Assembly (NCBI GenBank): GCA_038214755.1
Contig: JBBQRQ010000002.1
Coordinates: forward strand, 73,398 to 137,397
DNA length: 64,000 bases
From: Verrucomicrobiota bacterium
GTDB lineage: Bacteria; Verrucomicrobiota; Verrucomicrobiia; Limisphaerales; CANJXF01
Direction of reading: 5' to 3'
In this document: positions 18,257 to 28,297 of the stretch, one piece after another
Layout of the letters: each line of letters begins with the position of its first letter
Position numbering within the stretch: the first letter of the stretch is position 1
Made by a program: the position numbers and the translations under genes
The notes under the pieces: model-generated
Databases searched by the model: none
What the model saw: only the letters and a program-made list of their open reading frames with translations
Told to the model about the DNA's origin: nothing

Positions 18257-18733
18257 ATGTTCAGCCTCCCCCCATTGCTCGAGGAGGACATCCAGTGCAT
18301 GGAATCCGCTCTGGACGAACTGCTCCAAAAAAGCGAAGCGACCACCGCGCTGATCATCGACAAAGGCGGTCCTTTGATCACCCAGCGCGGAACGCTCAAC
18401 GCTTTCGACACCACGACCATGGCCGCGCTGACGGCAGGCTCGTTTGCCGCGAGCGAAGCCATTGCAGGGTTGGTGGGCGAATCTTATTTCAGCAGTGTTT
18501 ACCAACAAGGCGAGCGCCAGAGTTTATGGATCGGAAATGTTGGCTCTAATTTATTGGTGATCGTGATTTTCAAAGCCTCCCTCGGCGTCGGCGTCGTGAA
18601 ATATTTCGCGGTGCAGACGACTCAACGCATCGCCGCCCAGATCAAAAAAGCCCGGTCGCGCACCGATGAAAATTTGGATTTGGTCTCGCTCAATCTCCTG
18701 GATTCTTCGGAGCTTTTTAAAAAGAAAGCTTGA
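18257..18733 (+). CDS. mglB: MglB-family roadblock/LC7 protein
   Basis: ALIIDKGG...MAALTAGSFAASEAIAGLVGESYFSSVYQQGE; adjacent to mglA. Confidence 0.85.
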   Translation: MFSLPPLLEEDIQCMESALDELLQKSEATTALIIDKGGPLITQRGTLNAFDTTTMAALTAGSFAASEAIAGLVGESYFSSVYQQGERQSLWIGNVGSNLLVIVIFKASLGVGVVKYFAVQTTQRIAAQIKKARSRTDENLDLVSLNLLDSSELFKKKA

Positions 18734-18826
18734 GCCGTCCGTTTCGTCAGCCTTCAGAAATTGATTTCCACCTGCTTTGTTGGGAGGTCTTGACGCAGCC
18801 CAATTTACACTTCTCAGGAGCGATGC

Positions 18827-19275
18827 GGGGTGTGATTTAAACTGGCGGTCACTTGTAGCGCAGGATTGCATTCTGCCGTAGCGCAGGTTTTCAACCCTTG
18901 TCATTACCCACAATTCCTCGGCGCCTTTTCAATCCCAACGGGATTGAAATCAATCAGCCCCGCGTTGCGAGGAACGAGCTACGCTGAGTCATCGTGCAAA
19001 CAAATCCTCAACCCGGAACGGGTTGCATAAAATCCCCTCTTACATCGCTACGAAATCGAATTTGATGAACGGAAGATTGGGATTAATTTCGCGATTTGAT
19101 TCAACTCTTTCAGAGTTGATGCACTTTTATTGACATCCCCCAGCGTAGCTCGTTCCTCGCAACGCTGGGCTAAGTGATCCCAATCCTTTCAGGATTGAAG
19201 AAACACGGGCTGCGATGTGGGTAATGACAAGGATGCAATCCTGCGCTACGTGACCGCCACTTGAACTCACACCCC
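18827..19275. mobile_element. Four-layer nested MITE/REP element with a Y1 transposase C-terminal remnant
   Basis: Nested inverted ends GGGGTGTGA..TGGCGGTCAC, GTAGCGCAGGATTGCAT, CCTTGTCATTACCCACA, AATCCCAACGGGATT; core reads LLHRYEIEFDER. Confidence 0.7.
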
Positions 19276-19319
19276 GGCGATGCGTCGGGGGGCCTTATTT
19301 TTTCAACGGCTCACTCAAA

Positions 19320-19351
19320 TAAAAAGCCGGACTTCATCACGAAGTCCGGCT
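19320..19351 (-). terminator. Rho-independent terminator after tsf
   Basis: AGCCGGACTTC/GAAGTCCGGCT stem followed by a T-run on the minus strand. Confidence 0.75.
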
Positions 19352-19368
19352 GGATCTGGCAAAGATTT

Positions 19369-20211
19369 TTATTCTGCCGGCGTTTCGCCAACTTGGAAAC
19401 GCACAAAACTGCGAATGACGATGTCGTCGCCGAGTTGCTTGGTCACGGCGCCGATATGTTCCTTGACCGAAATTTCAGAATTCTTTTTCACGAAACCCTG
19501 ATCGAGCAGGCAATTGGTCTGATAAAACTTTTCCAACTTGCCTTCGATAATTTTAGCGACGGCTTGCGGCGGTTTGCCTTTGACTTGTTCCCCGGCGATT
19601 TCTTTTTCCTTCGCGATTACGACCGGATTCACGTCAGCGCGCGTGACCACGGAGGGATGAGCCGCCGCGATTTGCAACGTGATGTCGCGCACGAGTTGTT
19701 TGAATTCTTCGCTCGCCACCGTTTGCTCCTTCCCCGCGCCGACTTCCACCAGCACTCCCACTTTTGCGCCGGTGTGAATATAAGCGGCGACCAATCCGCT
19801 GCCAGTCACTTCAATGCGATGGAACCTGGAAATTTTTATGTTCTCGCCAATCTTCGCAATTTGCGCGGCGCGGTCGGCTTCCAAATCCACCTGAGGATTG
19901 GCCGCGGTTTTTTTTGCCGCTTCATCGCAGAAGGCGCGGAAACTTTCGTTGCGCGCGACGAAATCCGTCTCGCAATTAATTTCAACGAGCACGCCAACTT
20001 TTGCGCCGGGCTGGATGTGTTGAGCGATGACGCCTTCATGGGCGGCGCGGGTCGCTTTTTTCGCAGCGGAGGCCGCCCCGCGTTTCCGCAAGAGATCGAC
20101 TGCGGTGTCCAGATCTCCTCGCGCTTCGGTCAGAGCTTTTTTGCAATCCATCAAACCGGCGTTGGTCATTTCGCGCAGCTTGCCCACTGATGCAGCAGTA
20201 ATTTCAGTCAT
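19369..20211 (-). CDS. tsf: Elongation factor Ts
   Basis: LREMTNAGLMDCKKAL, EINCETDFVA; downstream of rpsB. Confidence 0.97.
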   Translation of the reverse strand: MTEITAASVGKLREMTNAGLMDCKKALTEARGDLDTAVDLLRKRGAASAAKKATRAAHEGVIAQHIQPGAKVGVLVEINCETDFVARNESFRAFCDEAAKKTAANPQVDLEADRAAQIAKIGENIKISRFHRIEVTGSGLVAAYIHTGAKVGVLVEVGAGKEQTVASEEFKQLVRDITLQIAAAHPSVVTRADVNPVVIAKEKEIAGEQVKGKPPQAVAKIIEGKLEKFYQTNCLLDQGFVKKNSEISVKEHIGAVTKQLGDDIVIRSFVRFQVGETPAE

Positions 20212-20284
20212 AAAAATTTTGATCGGACGAAAATTGAAAAGCGGAATGCGCCGGAAAACTTTTCGGCATTCGCTGAAACTTTGG

Positions 20285-21088
20285 CTAAGCGGTCACGGGA
20301 GTTTCCACCGGAGCTTCCACTGTGGCGGGAGCCGGAGTCGCCGGCGTAGAGGCCGCGTCCTGAGCCGCGGCCGTTTCGGTTTTGCGACGAGCATGTTTGG
20401 AATCAAATTCCGCTTTCGCCTGAACAATCGTTTGCACGACCGTCGCCAAAATTACGCGCACGGAGCGAATCGCGTCGTCGTTGGCCGCAATGGGGTGATC
20501 AATTAAATCAGGATCACAATTGGTATCGACAATGGCGACGATGGGAATTTTCAAACGGCGCGCTTCGGCAATCGCGTTGTGTTCGCGCTTGATGTCCACG
20601 ACAAACATCGCGGAAGGAAATTTGTCCATCACGCGAATGCCGTCCAAATTTTTGAAAAGGCGAACGGCTTCACGGCGGTAAACGGCCTGTTCCTGTTTGC
20701 CGTATTGATTGATGCTGCCGTCGGCTTCCATTTTCTCGATCTGTTTCATGCGAGCGATGGAGCGCTTGACCGTTTGAAAATTCGTCAGCGTGCCGCCCAG
20801 CCAGCGTTCGGTGATGTAAAGTTGTCCACAGCCTTTGGCGGATTCTTTGATCGCTTCCTGCGCCTGCTTTTTTGTGCCGACGAACAAAATATTTCCGCCC
20901 TTGCTGATGGTCTGCTGCAAAAAATTGCAAGCCGCTTCGAGCTGCGAAAGAGTTTTACTGAGGTCGATGATGTGAATGCCGTTGCGGGCATCGAAAATGA
21001 AAGGCTTCATCTTCGGGTTCCAACGCTTTGTCTGGTGTCCGAAATGAACGCCCGCATCCAATAATTCTTTTACGCCAATACTGATCAC
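20285..21088 (-). CDS. rpsB: 30S ribosomal protein S2
   Basis: LLDAGVHFGHQTKRWNPKM, RWLGGTLTNF, DTNCDP. Confidence 0.98.
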   Translation of the reverse strand: MISIGVKELLDAGVHFGHQTKRWNPKMKPFIFDARNGIHIIDLSKTLSQLEAACNFLQQTISKGGNILFVGTKKQAQEAIKESAKGCGQLYITERWLGGTLTNFQTVKRSIARMKQIEKMEADGSINQYGKQEQAVYRREAVRLFKNLDGIRVMDKFPSAMFVVDIKREHNAIAEARRLKIPIVAIVDTNCDPDLIDHPIAANDDAIRSVRVILATVVQTIVQAKAEFDSKHARRKTETAAAQDAASTPATPAPATVEAPVETPVTA

Positions 21089-21578
21089 AATTTTCCTTTG
21101 GTTAGAGACTCGGGAATTTTTCCCAAGCCATCCCGCGGAAGACGGGATTATTTTTGATGTTGTTGTGGCCGCCCGACTTCACACGAAGACAGATTTGAAG
21201 GCCGTTTTCCTTTCCTCAACGTGGCAAACCGCGCTCTGAAAAGGGTGTGAAACTTACCAAGAAAAGAGACCGTAGCAACTTCTATTTTCGACCGGTCGCA
21301 CGCCATTTATATATCAGGCAAAAAAAATCAGGATGACCCTGAAAATTTCGGCTCAAGAGCGGCTGGACTTTCTTTTGGGGGGCAATTTGGTCACGCAAAA
21401 AATCGCGAATGTCATTCCCGTTTTGGCGTAGCATTCACCCCATCCGGAAAATCTGAAACCGGTGCTGCTTGGTTCCAAAATCCGGCAAATCTTTTTTCGT
21501 ATAGATTGAATCTTTGGGAATAAGCCATCCGGAAATGACAATTTGCTATTTAGGGAATGCGGGTGTCATGTAAGTCTT

Positions 21579-21953
21579 ATGTCAGAAAAAAACAAAAAAC
21601 GGTTCGGAGTTTGGATGGATACGCACCACGCGACCATCGTAGGCTGCAACCCCACCGCCACTGAGTTCAACGTCCTCGGTCATGCCAAGAATCCAGGTGC
21701 CGGAGCCAATTCGAACGAGAATGCCTCGAACAATCTCGAAATAACTTTGGTTCGAAAGTATTTCAAAGAGATCGGCCGCCATCTGGTGAACGCGGAGGAG
21801 GTTCACCTCACCGGCACTGGCACAATCCAAGAGCAATTCAAGCACTACCTTGCGGAAACCCCCCAGTTCAAAAGGACGGTCGTTTCCGAAAGCACCTCCA
21901 ACCAAATGAGCGATGAAAAGCTGGTTGAGTTCGTAAATAGCCATTTCAACTAG
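21579..21953 (+). CDS. Small protein, possibly eRF1/host-attachment-like RNase H-fold
   Basis: FGVWMDTHHATIV...KYFKEIGRHL...VHLTGTG; family assignment from recall only. Confidence 0.55.
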   Translation: MSEKNKKRFGVWMDTHHATIVGCNPTATEFNVLGHAKNPGAGANSNENASNNLEITLVRKYFKEIGRHLVNAEEVHLTGTGTIQEQFKHYLAETPQFKRTVVSESTSNQMSDEKLVEFVNSHFN

Positions 21954-22252
21954 GAAGACGTCATCCAGTTTATGGCCTCAAAACACACCGCGCGACTCGC
22001 GTCATCGCGGTAAAATACGAGGCAGTTGCGAAATCCGTTCACGGGCAACATTCTCAGCTTTGGCAATGCCGAGTTGCGCGTGCGAAAAATCATTCCGCAT
22101 TCGGGATACCGGGAAATCTGGTGAAAGGTTTCATCAATTGCGCCAAGAACCTGTTCGGCAGCGGCGGGATCATCTTTTGCAATAAAAACGTAAATTTCCG
22201 GAAGATCATCCTCGATGACGGAGGCATGCCGTTCGATTCGTTTGTCAGCCAC
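21950..22252 (-). CDS. RelE/ParE family toxin, C-terminus looks degenerate
   Basis: DDLPEIYVFIAKDDPAAAEQVL...YPECG...LRMLPVNGFRNCLVFYR; GTG start. Confidence 0.75.
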   Translation of the reverse strand: MADKRIERHASVIEDDLPEIYVFIAKDDPAAAEQVLGAIDETFHQISRYPECGMIFRTRNSALPKLRMLPVNGFRNCLVFYRDDASRAVCFEAINWMTSS

Positions 22253-22475
22253 GTTCTTGAGAGGCCTTCCGGACGCGCTCTTTCCAATCGGGCTCGAGCG
22301 GGGAAAAGGGGCCTTTGCAACGTTCTTCCAAAACCATTTCGAGTTCGGTTTGTTCGCAATCCGCGCGCGCCAACGCGAGCAAGTATTCTTCTTTCGAGCG
22401 AAAACCGCCCGCTTTGAAGCGGTTCTCGATTTGCGCATCCAGAGTGTCTGGCAATGAAACGGTGACGTTGCTCAT
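22245..22475 (-). CDS. ParD-like RHH antitoxin
   Basis: VTVSLPDTLDAQIE...GGFRSKEEYLLALAR; overlaps toxin start. Confidence 0.75.
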   Translation of the reverse strand: MSNVTVSLPDTLDAQIENRFKAGGFRSKEEYLLALARADCEQTELEMVLEERCKGPFSPLEPDWKERVRKASQERG

Positions 22476-22791
22476 ATTGAAAAAGTCTGTTTGAATTCTT
22501 CGATGACGTGCAGTGCGCTCACGGATTTAATTATGCACAAAGAATTCTTTCGGGCAAGCAACCGCATGGGGGTTGTAATTCAACAATTCTGACGTTTGCG
22601 CGAAATCGCGGAAGACCCGTAAAGGGTTTGGAACTTACCAAAGAAAAAGTCCAGGGCAACTTCTATTTTCGCCCAAACGCACGTCGCAATTCGTGGCAAA
22701 AAAGGTTCAGTCTTTGCCAATAGGGGTGTAGTTGCGTTTTTTCTTCAGGCCTAGATTTAGATCAGCAAAACAATCTAAAAATTGTAAAACC

Positions 22792-23370
22792 ATGAAAACT
22801 TCCTTCAATGAATTGGAAACGTGTCTTGATGAAAAATCTCCACGGACACGGCCGTTGTTTAGAGTTTTAATTCTTTTTGAAGACGAAGGCGTGAGTGACC
22901 GGGCGAAGCGGTTGCATGGCCATTTATTTCAAAATGTAAAAGACCATTGCCGCCTTGAGACATACCGTTGGGGAACGAAACAGCGTGGCGGAGTGGAGGA
23001 ATTGGTCGAGACGATCACGATGGCGGACCTCATTATTGTCGCGGGGCGTGAGACATCGGAATTGCCAGAGGAGATTCAAACCGCGCTGAGAATTGGACTG
23101 GCGGAACGACGGCTGGAGAGCGGCGCACTCGTCGCGTTGCTGGGGAGAACAAATATCCGGGAACAAAATCCATCGGCGCTCCATTTGTTTCTGCAAAAAG
23201 TTGCGCGAAAATCCGGGCTAAATTTCTTTCCCGGCGCGTTTGAGTTGCCACAGGACGATCACGCTTACGACATCGATTCCATTCACGACCGAGCCGAGCG
23301 AATGACGCCGACGATGCACCGCATTCTGCACCGCAACATCACGCCTATTGGTTACGGAATTAACAAATAG
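22792..23370 (+). CDS. Hypothetical protein
   Basis: 192 aa, alpha/beta pattern. Confidence 0.6.
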   Translation: MKTSFNELETCLDEKSPRTRPLFRVLILFEDEGVSDRAKRLHGHLFQNVKDHCRLETYRWGTKQRGGVEELVETITMADLIIVAGRETSELPEEIQTALRIGLAERRLESGALVALLGRTNIREQNPSALHLFLQKVARKSGLNFFPGAFELPQDDHAYDIDSIHDRAERMTPTMHRILHRNITPIGYGINK

Positions 23371-23392
23371 AAACTCGCAACAAAACAAATCT

Positions 23393-23692
23393 ATGAAAAC
23401 TAAAAATATCTTTCTCACTCTTTCACTGGTGGCGTTTGTCGTCGGATTCAGCGACCCGGGCGAATCGGCCTTGTGGTCTGTGGGGCTTCCGGTCGGCGCG
23501 ATCCTCTTTTGTCTCTTTATGATTTTCAATTTGTTAGAAAAAGAAACCGCGCTTTTGGACGATCAAAACCGCGAGGCTGCGGCCAAACGAAATCCTGCCA
23601 ACGGAAAAGTTTTTTCTCCTGCTCTGGAGAAAAGCACGAAACCGGTTTATGGTTCCAGCGCCAGTGCCATTGGAAAACAAATTGCGATATGA
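23393..23692 (+). CDS. Small two-TM membrane protein
   Basis: Two hydrophobic segments. Confidence 0.6.
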   Translation: MKTKNIFLTLSLVAFVVGFSDPGESALWSVGLPVGAILFCLFMIFNLLEKETALLDDQNREAAAKRNPANGKVFSPALEKSTKPVYGSSASAIGKQIAI

Positions 23693-23725
23693 AGCAATAA
23701 AGGCTGATTCAGGCGAACATCTATT

Positions 23726-25015
23726 TTGAAACAATCAAAGCTTCAGCATTCCGCTACTTTTTATTTTTTGGTTGTATTGGTCTTTCTGTCTTTTAACGCA
23801 CGGGCGGACGGCGATTTTCAGGGCGCGACGCATCTGGTGTCCTTCGACGAAGGCACTTTGAATTACAACAAACTGGTGCCTGACGACCCGGTCACCCGTT
23901 TGCAACAAGCCATCGAAAAAGGCGAATCGAAACTCAACTACAATTCCGAACACGGTTTTTTGGATTCCGTCCTGAAAAAATTGGACATTCCAAAATCGTC
24001 GCAAGTCCTTGTCTTCTCCAAAACTTCCTTCCAGCGCGACCGCATTTCGCCGCGAACGCCGCGCGCGCTCTATTTCAATGACGACGTTTATATCGGTTTC
24101 ATTCCCGGCGCACCGCTGATGGAAGTTTCCACGGCAGACCCGAAAATTGGCGGTGTTTTTTATACGCTCGATCAAAGCGGCGACAACAAACCGAAATTCG
24201 CTCGCACCGATCAATGTCTTGAATGTCACGCGTCGGCCCGGAGCATGGGCGTGCCGGGCCATCTTTTACGCTCTTCGATGACCGATGAATCGGGCGCGCC
24301 GGATTTGAGCAGCAGCATTTCTGACGTGAACCATCGCACGCCCATCGAGGATCGTTGGGGCGGCTGGTATGTGACTGGCAAAAGCGGCGAGCAAGCGCAT
24401 CACGGCAATCTGATTGGTCAGGCCGATTTCAAGCGCGCGGAAAAAAATCCAAATTTCCTTGGCAACATTTCTGATTTGAGCCGCTTCTTTGATGTCACGC
24501 GTTATCCGGGAACGAACAGCGACATCGTCGCGCTGATGGTCTTGCAGCATCAGATTCACATGCACAATTTCATTACGCGTTTGAATTACGAATCGACGGT
24601 GCAACTGGAGCGCTACGGGCACATCAATTACGTGACGAACATTGCGAATGCGTTTCTGAAATATCTGCTCTTTGTCGAAGAAGCGCCGATGAAAAGTTCG
24701 ATGCGCGGCGACTCAACATTCACCGACGATTTCCAAAATCGCGGGCCGAAAGACAAACAAGGCCGTTCCCTTCGTGATTTTGATTTGCAAACGCGCCTGT
24801 TCAAATATCCGTGCAGCTATTTGATTTATTCCAAGTCCTTCGACGCGCTTCCCGCGAAAATGAAAGATTATGTTTACCTGCGCCTCTGGGAAATTCTCAC
24901 AGACAAAGATGATTCGCCCGACTTCGAGAAAATCGCACCGGGAACCCGACAGGCGATTTTGGAAATCATTTCCAGCACCAAACCCGGTCTGCCGGGTTAT
25001 TGGAAAATGAAATAG
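23726..25015 (+). CDS. Secreted PVC-type protein with a single CxxCH heme motif
   Basis: Signal peptide, CLECH, SQVLVFSKTSFQ, RWGGWYVTG. Confidence 0.75.
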   Translation: MKQSKLQHSATFYFLVVLVFLSFNARADGDFQGATHLVSFDEGTLNYNKLVPDDPVTRLQQAIEKGESKLNYNSEHGFLDSVLKKLDIPKSSQVLVFSKTSFQRDRISPRTPRALYFNDDVYIGFIPGAPLMEVSTADPKIGGVFYTLDQSGDNKPKFARTDQCLECHASARSMGVPGHLLRSSMTDESGAPDLSSSISDVNHRTPIEDRWGGWYVTGKSGEQAHHGNLIGQADFKRAEKNPNFLGNISDLSRFFDVTRYPGTNSDIVALMVLQHQIHMHNFITRLNYESTVQLERYGHINYVTNIANAFLKYLLFVEEAPMKSSMRGDSTFTDDFQNRGPKDKQGRSLRDFDLQTRLFKYPCSYLIYSKSFDALPAKMKDYVYLRLWEILTDKDDSPDFEKIAPGTRQAILEIISSTKPGLPGYWKMK

Positions 25016-25021
25016 ATGGAT

Positions 25022-25417
25022 TTACGAAAACTCTAATCCTGCGGGGCGCAAGAGTCCCATCCTCAATTGAAATGTATCCGCAATGCTCCGAGCAAAGTTC
25101 TTGGCCTCATCCGCTTTCGTTCCTGAGAAATTTTCATCCACGGTTTGGACAAACAGCGAAACCCACCGCGTAAAATGCTCTTTTTGCAGCGGCAACACGG
25201 CGTGTTTGGGAAAAGGCTGGCCCTTATAATTTTTCGTTTGGAAAAGAAGCGCGCTCCAAAAACTATAAAGCAAAGGCAGATGTTCATTCCAATCCACTTT
25301 GGCGACCTCGTTGAAAATGGGGGAAAGCGTCTCGTCCGCCTTCACTTTGTCGTAAAACAAATCTACGAGTTGCTTGATATCCTTTTCAGTTTGAATGTCC
25401 CTTTGCAAATCCATCAT
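25022..25417 (-). CDS. Group III truncated hemoglobin
   Basis: LVDLFYDKVKAD..LSPIF, DWNEHLP, FWS, YKGQPFPKH, HFTRWVSLF. Confidence 0.9.
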   Translation of the reverse strand: MMDLQRDIQTEKDIKQLVDLFYDKVKADETLSPIFNEVAKVDWNEHLPLLYSFWSALLFQTKNYKGQPFPKHAVLPLQKEHFTRWVSLFVQTVDENFSGTKADEAKNFARSIADTFQLRMGLLRPAGLEFS

Positions 25418-25593
25418 TAAGGATACATCACCCGAGACCAGAACGAATAACAAACATCCTGCTGTTTTATAAGAAAACAACCCGTTCGGCTGCCGACAAA
25501 AAATGATGTGTATCGGACAAAATGTGTGAAGTTAGAGAAGCTCAAAGGGATGATCTATTATACGTCGGTACAAAACCAATTTACTGAAGCGAT

Positions 25594-26103
25594 ATGAACA
25601 CTGATTTAAAAAGACCGGATGAGGTCAGCCAGCTTGCCAGTAGTATTGCAGCGCATCCTTTTTTAAAAGGATTGAGCAGCCAACATTTGCAAGTGCTTTC
25701 GGACGCGGCGATGCTGAAGGACTTTGCGCCGGGCGAAATCATTTTTCGGGAAGGCGATCCAGCCAATCGTTTTTACCTCATCGAATCCGGCAAAGTCATT
25801 CTGGAAACCTCTGGAAAAGACCGGGAACCGAGATTGATTCAAACCATCAGCGCCGGCGATGTTCTCGGTTGGTCGTGGCTTTATCCGCCTTACTATTGGC
25901 ATTTCAATGCGCGGACCACTGAACCCACGAAAGCGATTTTCTTTTACGGCACTCGTTTGCGTGAGAAATGCGAAGAGAATCACGACCTCGGCTATGATCT
26001 CATGAAACGAATGGCGGGCATTGTGATCAATCGTTTGCAGGCGACCCGCCAAAAAATGTTGGAGACGCCAGAGAAAAAGGAAAATCGTGAAAACAGACAT
26101 TGA
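25594..26103 (+). CDS. cNMP-binding (Crp-like) domain protein without evident HTH
   Basis: GEIIFREGDPANRFYLIESG, GDVLGWSWL; 169 aa. Confidence 0.85.
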   Translation: MNTDLKRPDEVSQLASSIAAHPFLKGLSSQHLQVLSDAAMLKDFAPGEIIFREGDPANRFYLIESGKVILETSGKDREPRLIQTISAGDVLGWSWLYPPYYWHFNARTTEPTKAIFFYGTRLREKCEENHDLGYDLMKRMAGIVINRLQATRQKMLETPEKKENRENRH

Positions 26104-26156
26104 AAGCGGAGGCCTAGCGAAGTTGCTGTTTGCCGAATCAAGTAATCTCGTCGCTT

Positions 26157-27587
26157 TCAGAAATTAAGAGTCATCTGGAGATAAACCCAATCGGCATCAG
26201 TCGCGCCACTGGTCGGCGATAAAGAATTTTTCACGTAATCGCCAACGAAGAAATGTCCATAACCCGCCTGTACGTTTGCTGCTTTGCATACGTTGTAAGT
26301 CGCAATCAAATCAACTTCTGAACCAACGTAACTGCCCGCGTTCGCCTTGATTCCGTAACCGCCCGTGCTGCGCGGCGCACCGCTGGCCTGATAAAATGAG
26401 TCGCTGGTGTTTGCCAGCCAGAACGCGTGGTAATCCGCAGTGAGCGTAAGATTTTTCAACGGTTTCAACGAACCGGTCACGCGCACGTTGTGGATGTTTT
26501 GCCATGAAACGAAATCCATGTTGCCGTAAAATTTATGATTAGTCGGAAGTAAATTGTCGAAGGTTCCATGTTTGCCGTCGGTGGAATCGCTGTCGCCAGA
26601 AGCATAATTATATTCGAGTCCAGTGCGCGGTTTGCCGAAAGCATTGGTCCAGGTGTAACCGCCCGCCACATGCGCCGCGAACGCTTCGTGATCCAGTCGC
26701 TGACCCGTTCCCGATTTGAAATCACCCAACTGGCCTGCCAGTTCGGCGTCGTAATCCCACGAGCCAAATTCGCCGGGCAACGATTTGACGCGTAGTCCAA
26801 GCGTGTAAATGTCGCGGGCTGAAGCGCCGGTCATAAACGCGGGCAATCCGGCACCGATAGCCGTGGGCGAATCAGGACTGACATTTCGCGCGAGAAAATA
26901 AGTTTGCACTTCATTTTTCGGAACAATCGTTCTGCTCGATGCGTAAATTCCGGAAAAGAAATCGTAATCATTGGCTTCGTTAAACTCGTCTGGATTCGTG
27001 AGAACGACGCGGCTGACAAAAGCATCAATCCAGAAATCCGAATTATCGTAGCGCAATTTCGCCGCATCGAACACGCGTCCGATGTTGCTCCAATCGAACG
27101 CGCCGATCAGTCGTTCGTCGCCATAACTCAATTCCTGCCGTCCGACTTTCAACGTGAGTGGAAATTCCTTCGCGTTGCCGAGCAGCAAATACCCCTGATG
27201 CAAATCGAGCGGATCCGTTTCGGGATGCGGTTTACGCTCGTCGCTCGCGGTTCGACTGTCACGAGCTTCCCCATAAACCGTCAGCCAATCCATTTTGTAA
27301 CCGGCATGAAATTTTTCGCGGAACAAAAAATACGTGTTATCCGAATTACCGCCGCGACCCTGAAAATCAACCGTGCCTCTTCCGGGTGTGGCAAAATTTT
27401 CTTTGTGTTCCATGCGGACACGAAATTGGGCGCCTAAATCCCAGGGATCATACGCCGTCGATTGTTCACCGAGCCATTGGTTGAGCGGTGCATTGGTGTT
27501 TTTCGTTTGCGCCAATAATCCGGATTGGGCGAGAAACACCGAGAGGACGATGAAACAAATCACTTTCATGGTGTAATTGAACTGCAT
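26157..27587 (-). CDS. Alginate-export family outer-membrane beta-barrel
   Basis: KVGRQELSYGDERLIG, YASGD, PTNHKFYG, terminal Phe. Confidence 0.85.
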   Translation of the reverse strand: MQFNYTMKVICFIVLSVFLAQSGLLAQTKNTNAPLNQWLGEQSTAYDPWDLGAQFRVRMEHKENFATPGRGTVDFQGRGGNSDNTYFLFREKFHAGYKMDWLTVYGEARDSRTASDERKPHPETDPLDLHQGYLLLGNAKEFPLTLKVGRQELSYGDERLIGAFDWSNIGRVFDAAKLRYDNSDFWIDAFVSRVVLTNPDEFNEANDYDFFSGIYASSRTIVPKNEVQTYFLARNVSPDSPTAIGAGLPAFMTGASARDIYTLGLRVKSLPGEFGSWDYDAELAGQLGDFKSGTGQRLDHEAFAAHVAGGYTWTNAFGKPRTGLEYNYASGDSDSTDGKHGTFDNLLPTNHKFYGNMDFVSWQNIHNVRVTGSLKPLKNLTLTADYHAFWLANTSDSFYQASGAPRSTGGYGIKANAGSYVGSEVDLIATYNVCKAANVQAGYGHFFVGDYVKNSLSPTSGATDADWVYLQMTLNF

Positions 27588-27672
27588 TCAAAGAAGACAT
27601 CCAACCGTGTATTGTCGATCACTTCACATTTCTTGCTGTCGCGCGGTGCCGATTGGGAACTTCCCGCTTCGC

Positions 27673-28284
27673 TCAACGCTGTGGTTTAACCGAACCGGAC
27701 GACTTACGTCCGGCGAAATTTTTCCAGTCAGGATTGAAATCACGTCCGCGACGTGAGGCCATTTCTCGTCCCACATCGGCAATTTGTTCTTCGTTCAAGA
27801 CTTTTGCAGCAAGTGGGAAGATTTCCGTGTCCTCGATTTCGATGTGCCGCACGTAGGTTTGTTGCAGTTTGTTCAAGGTCTCGGTGAGCGCTGCGAGTTC
27901 ATCCGGCGAAAGCGAATTCTCTTTCAGCCATTTCTGACCGAGTTGCTCCACAAATTCATGGCCGCGATTAGCAATTTCGTGGTCGGCTTCGAGCGCTTTG
28001 ATTTTTTCCAACGCTCCTGAAAGTGAAGCGGGATCAAGCTCGCGCATTCGCGGAAAAAGCGATTCCTCCTCGTCGGCGGTGTGTTTCGGCGCGGCTTCGC
28101 GAAAATAACGGAGCGCCGTTTCCAAGCCTTCGCGTTGCTGTGAATTTAACGCGTCGCCTTGCGCTTGTTCGGCCACGAGAATCAAATCGCGCAAAAAACT
28201 CTCGATGCGACGATGGCAATCCGACAGCAATTCCAGCGGTTGCTGAAAAGTGGGCGAAGGTTTCTGTCCAATTTGAATGGCCAT
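27673..28284 (-). CDS. Hemerythrin-like domain protein
   Basis: CHRRIE, HTADEEESLFP, EADH, RHIEIEDTEIFP. Confidence 0.88.
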   Translation of the reverse strand: MAIQIGQKPSPTFQQPLELLSDCHRRIESFLRDLILVAEQAQGDALNSQQREGLETALRYFREAAPKHTADEEESLFPRMRELDPASLSGALEKIKALEADHEIANRGHEFVEQLGQKWLKENSLSPDELAALTETLNKLQQTYVRHIEIEDTEIFPLAAKVLNEEQIADVGREMASRRGRDFNPDWKNFAGRKSSGSVKPQR

Positions 28285-28297
28285 ATTTTAGTTTCGA

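Noticed and set aside
21089..21240. S2 autoregulatory leader
   Set aside because: Plausible by position, but I could not match the structure with confidence
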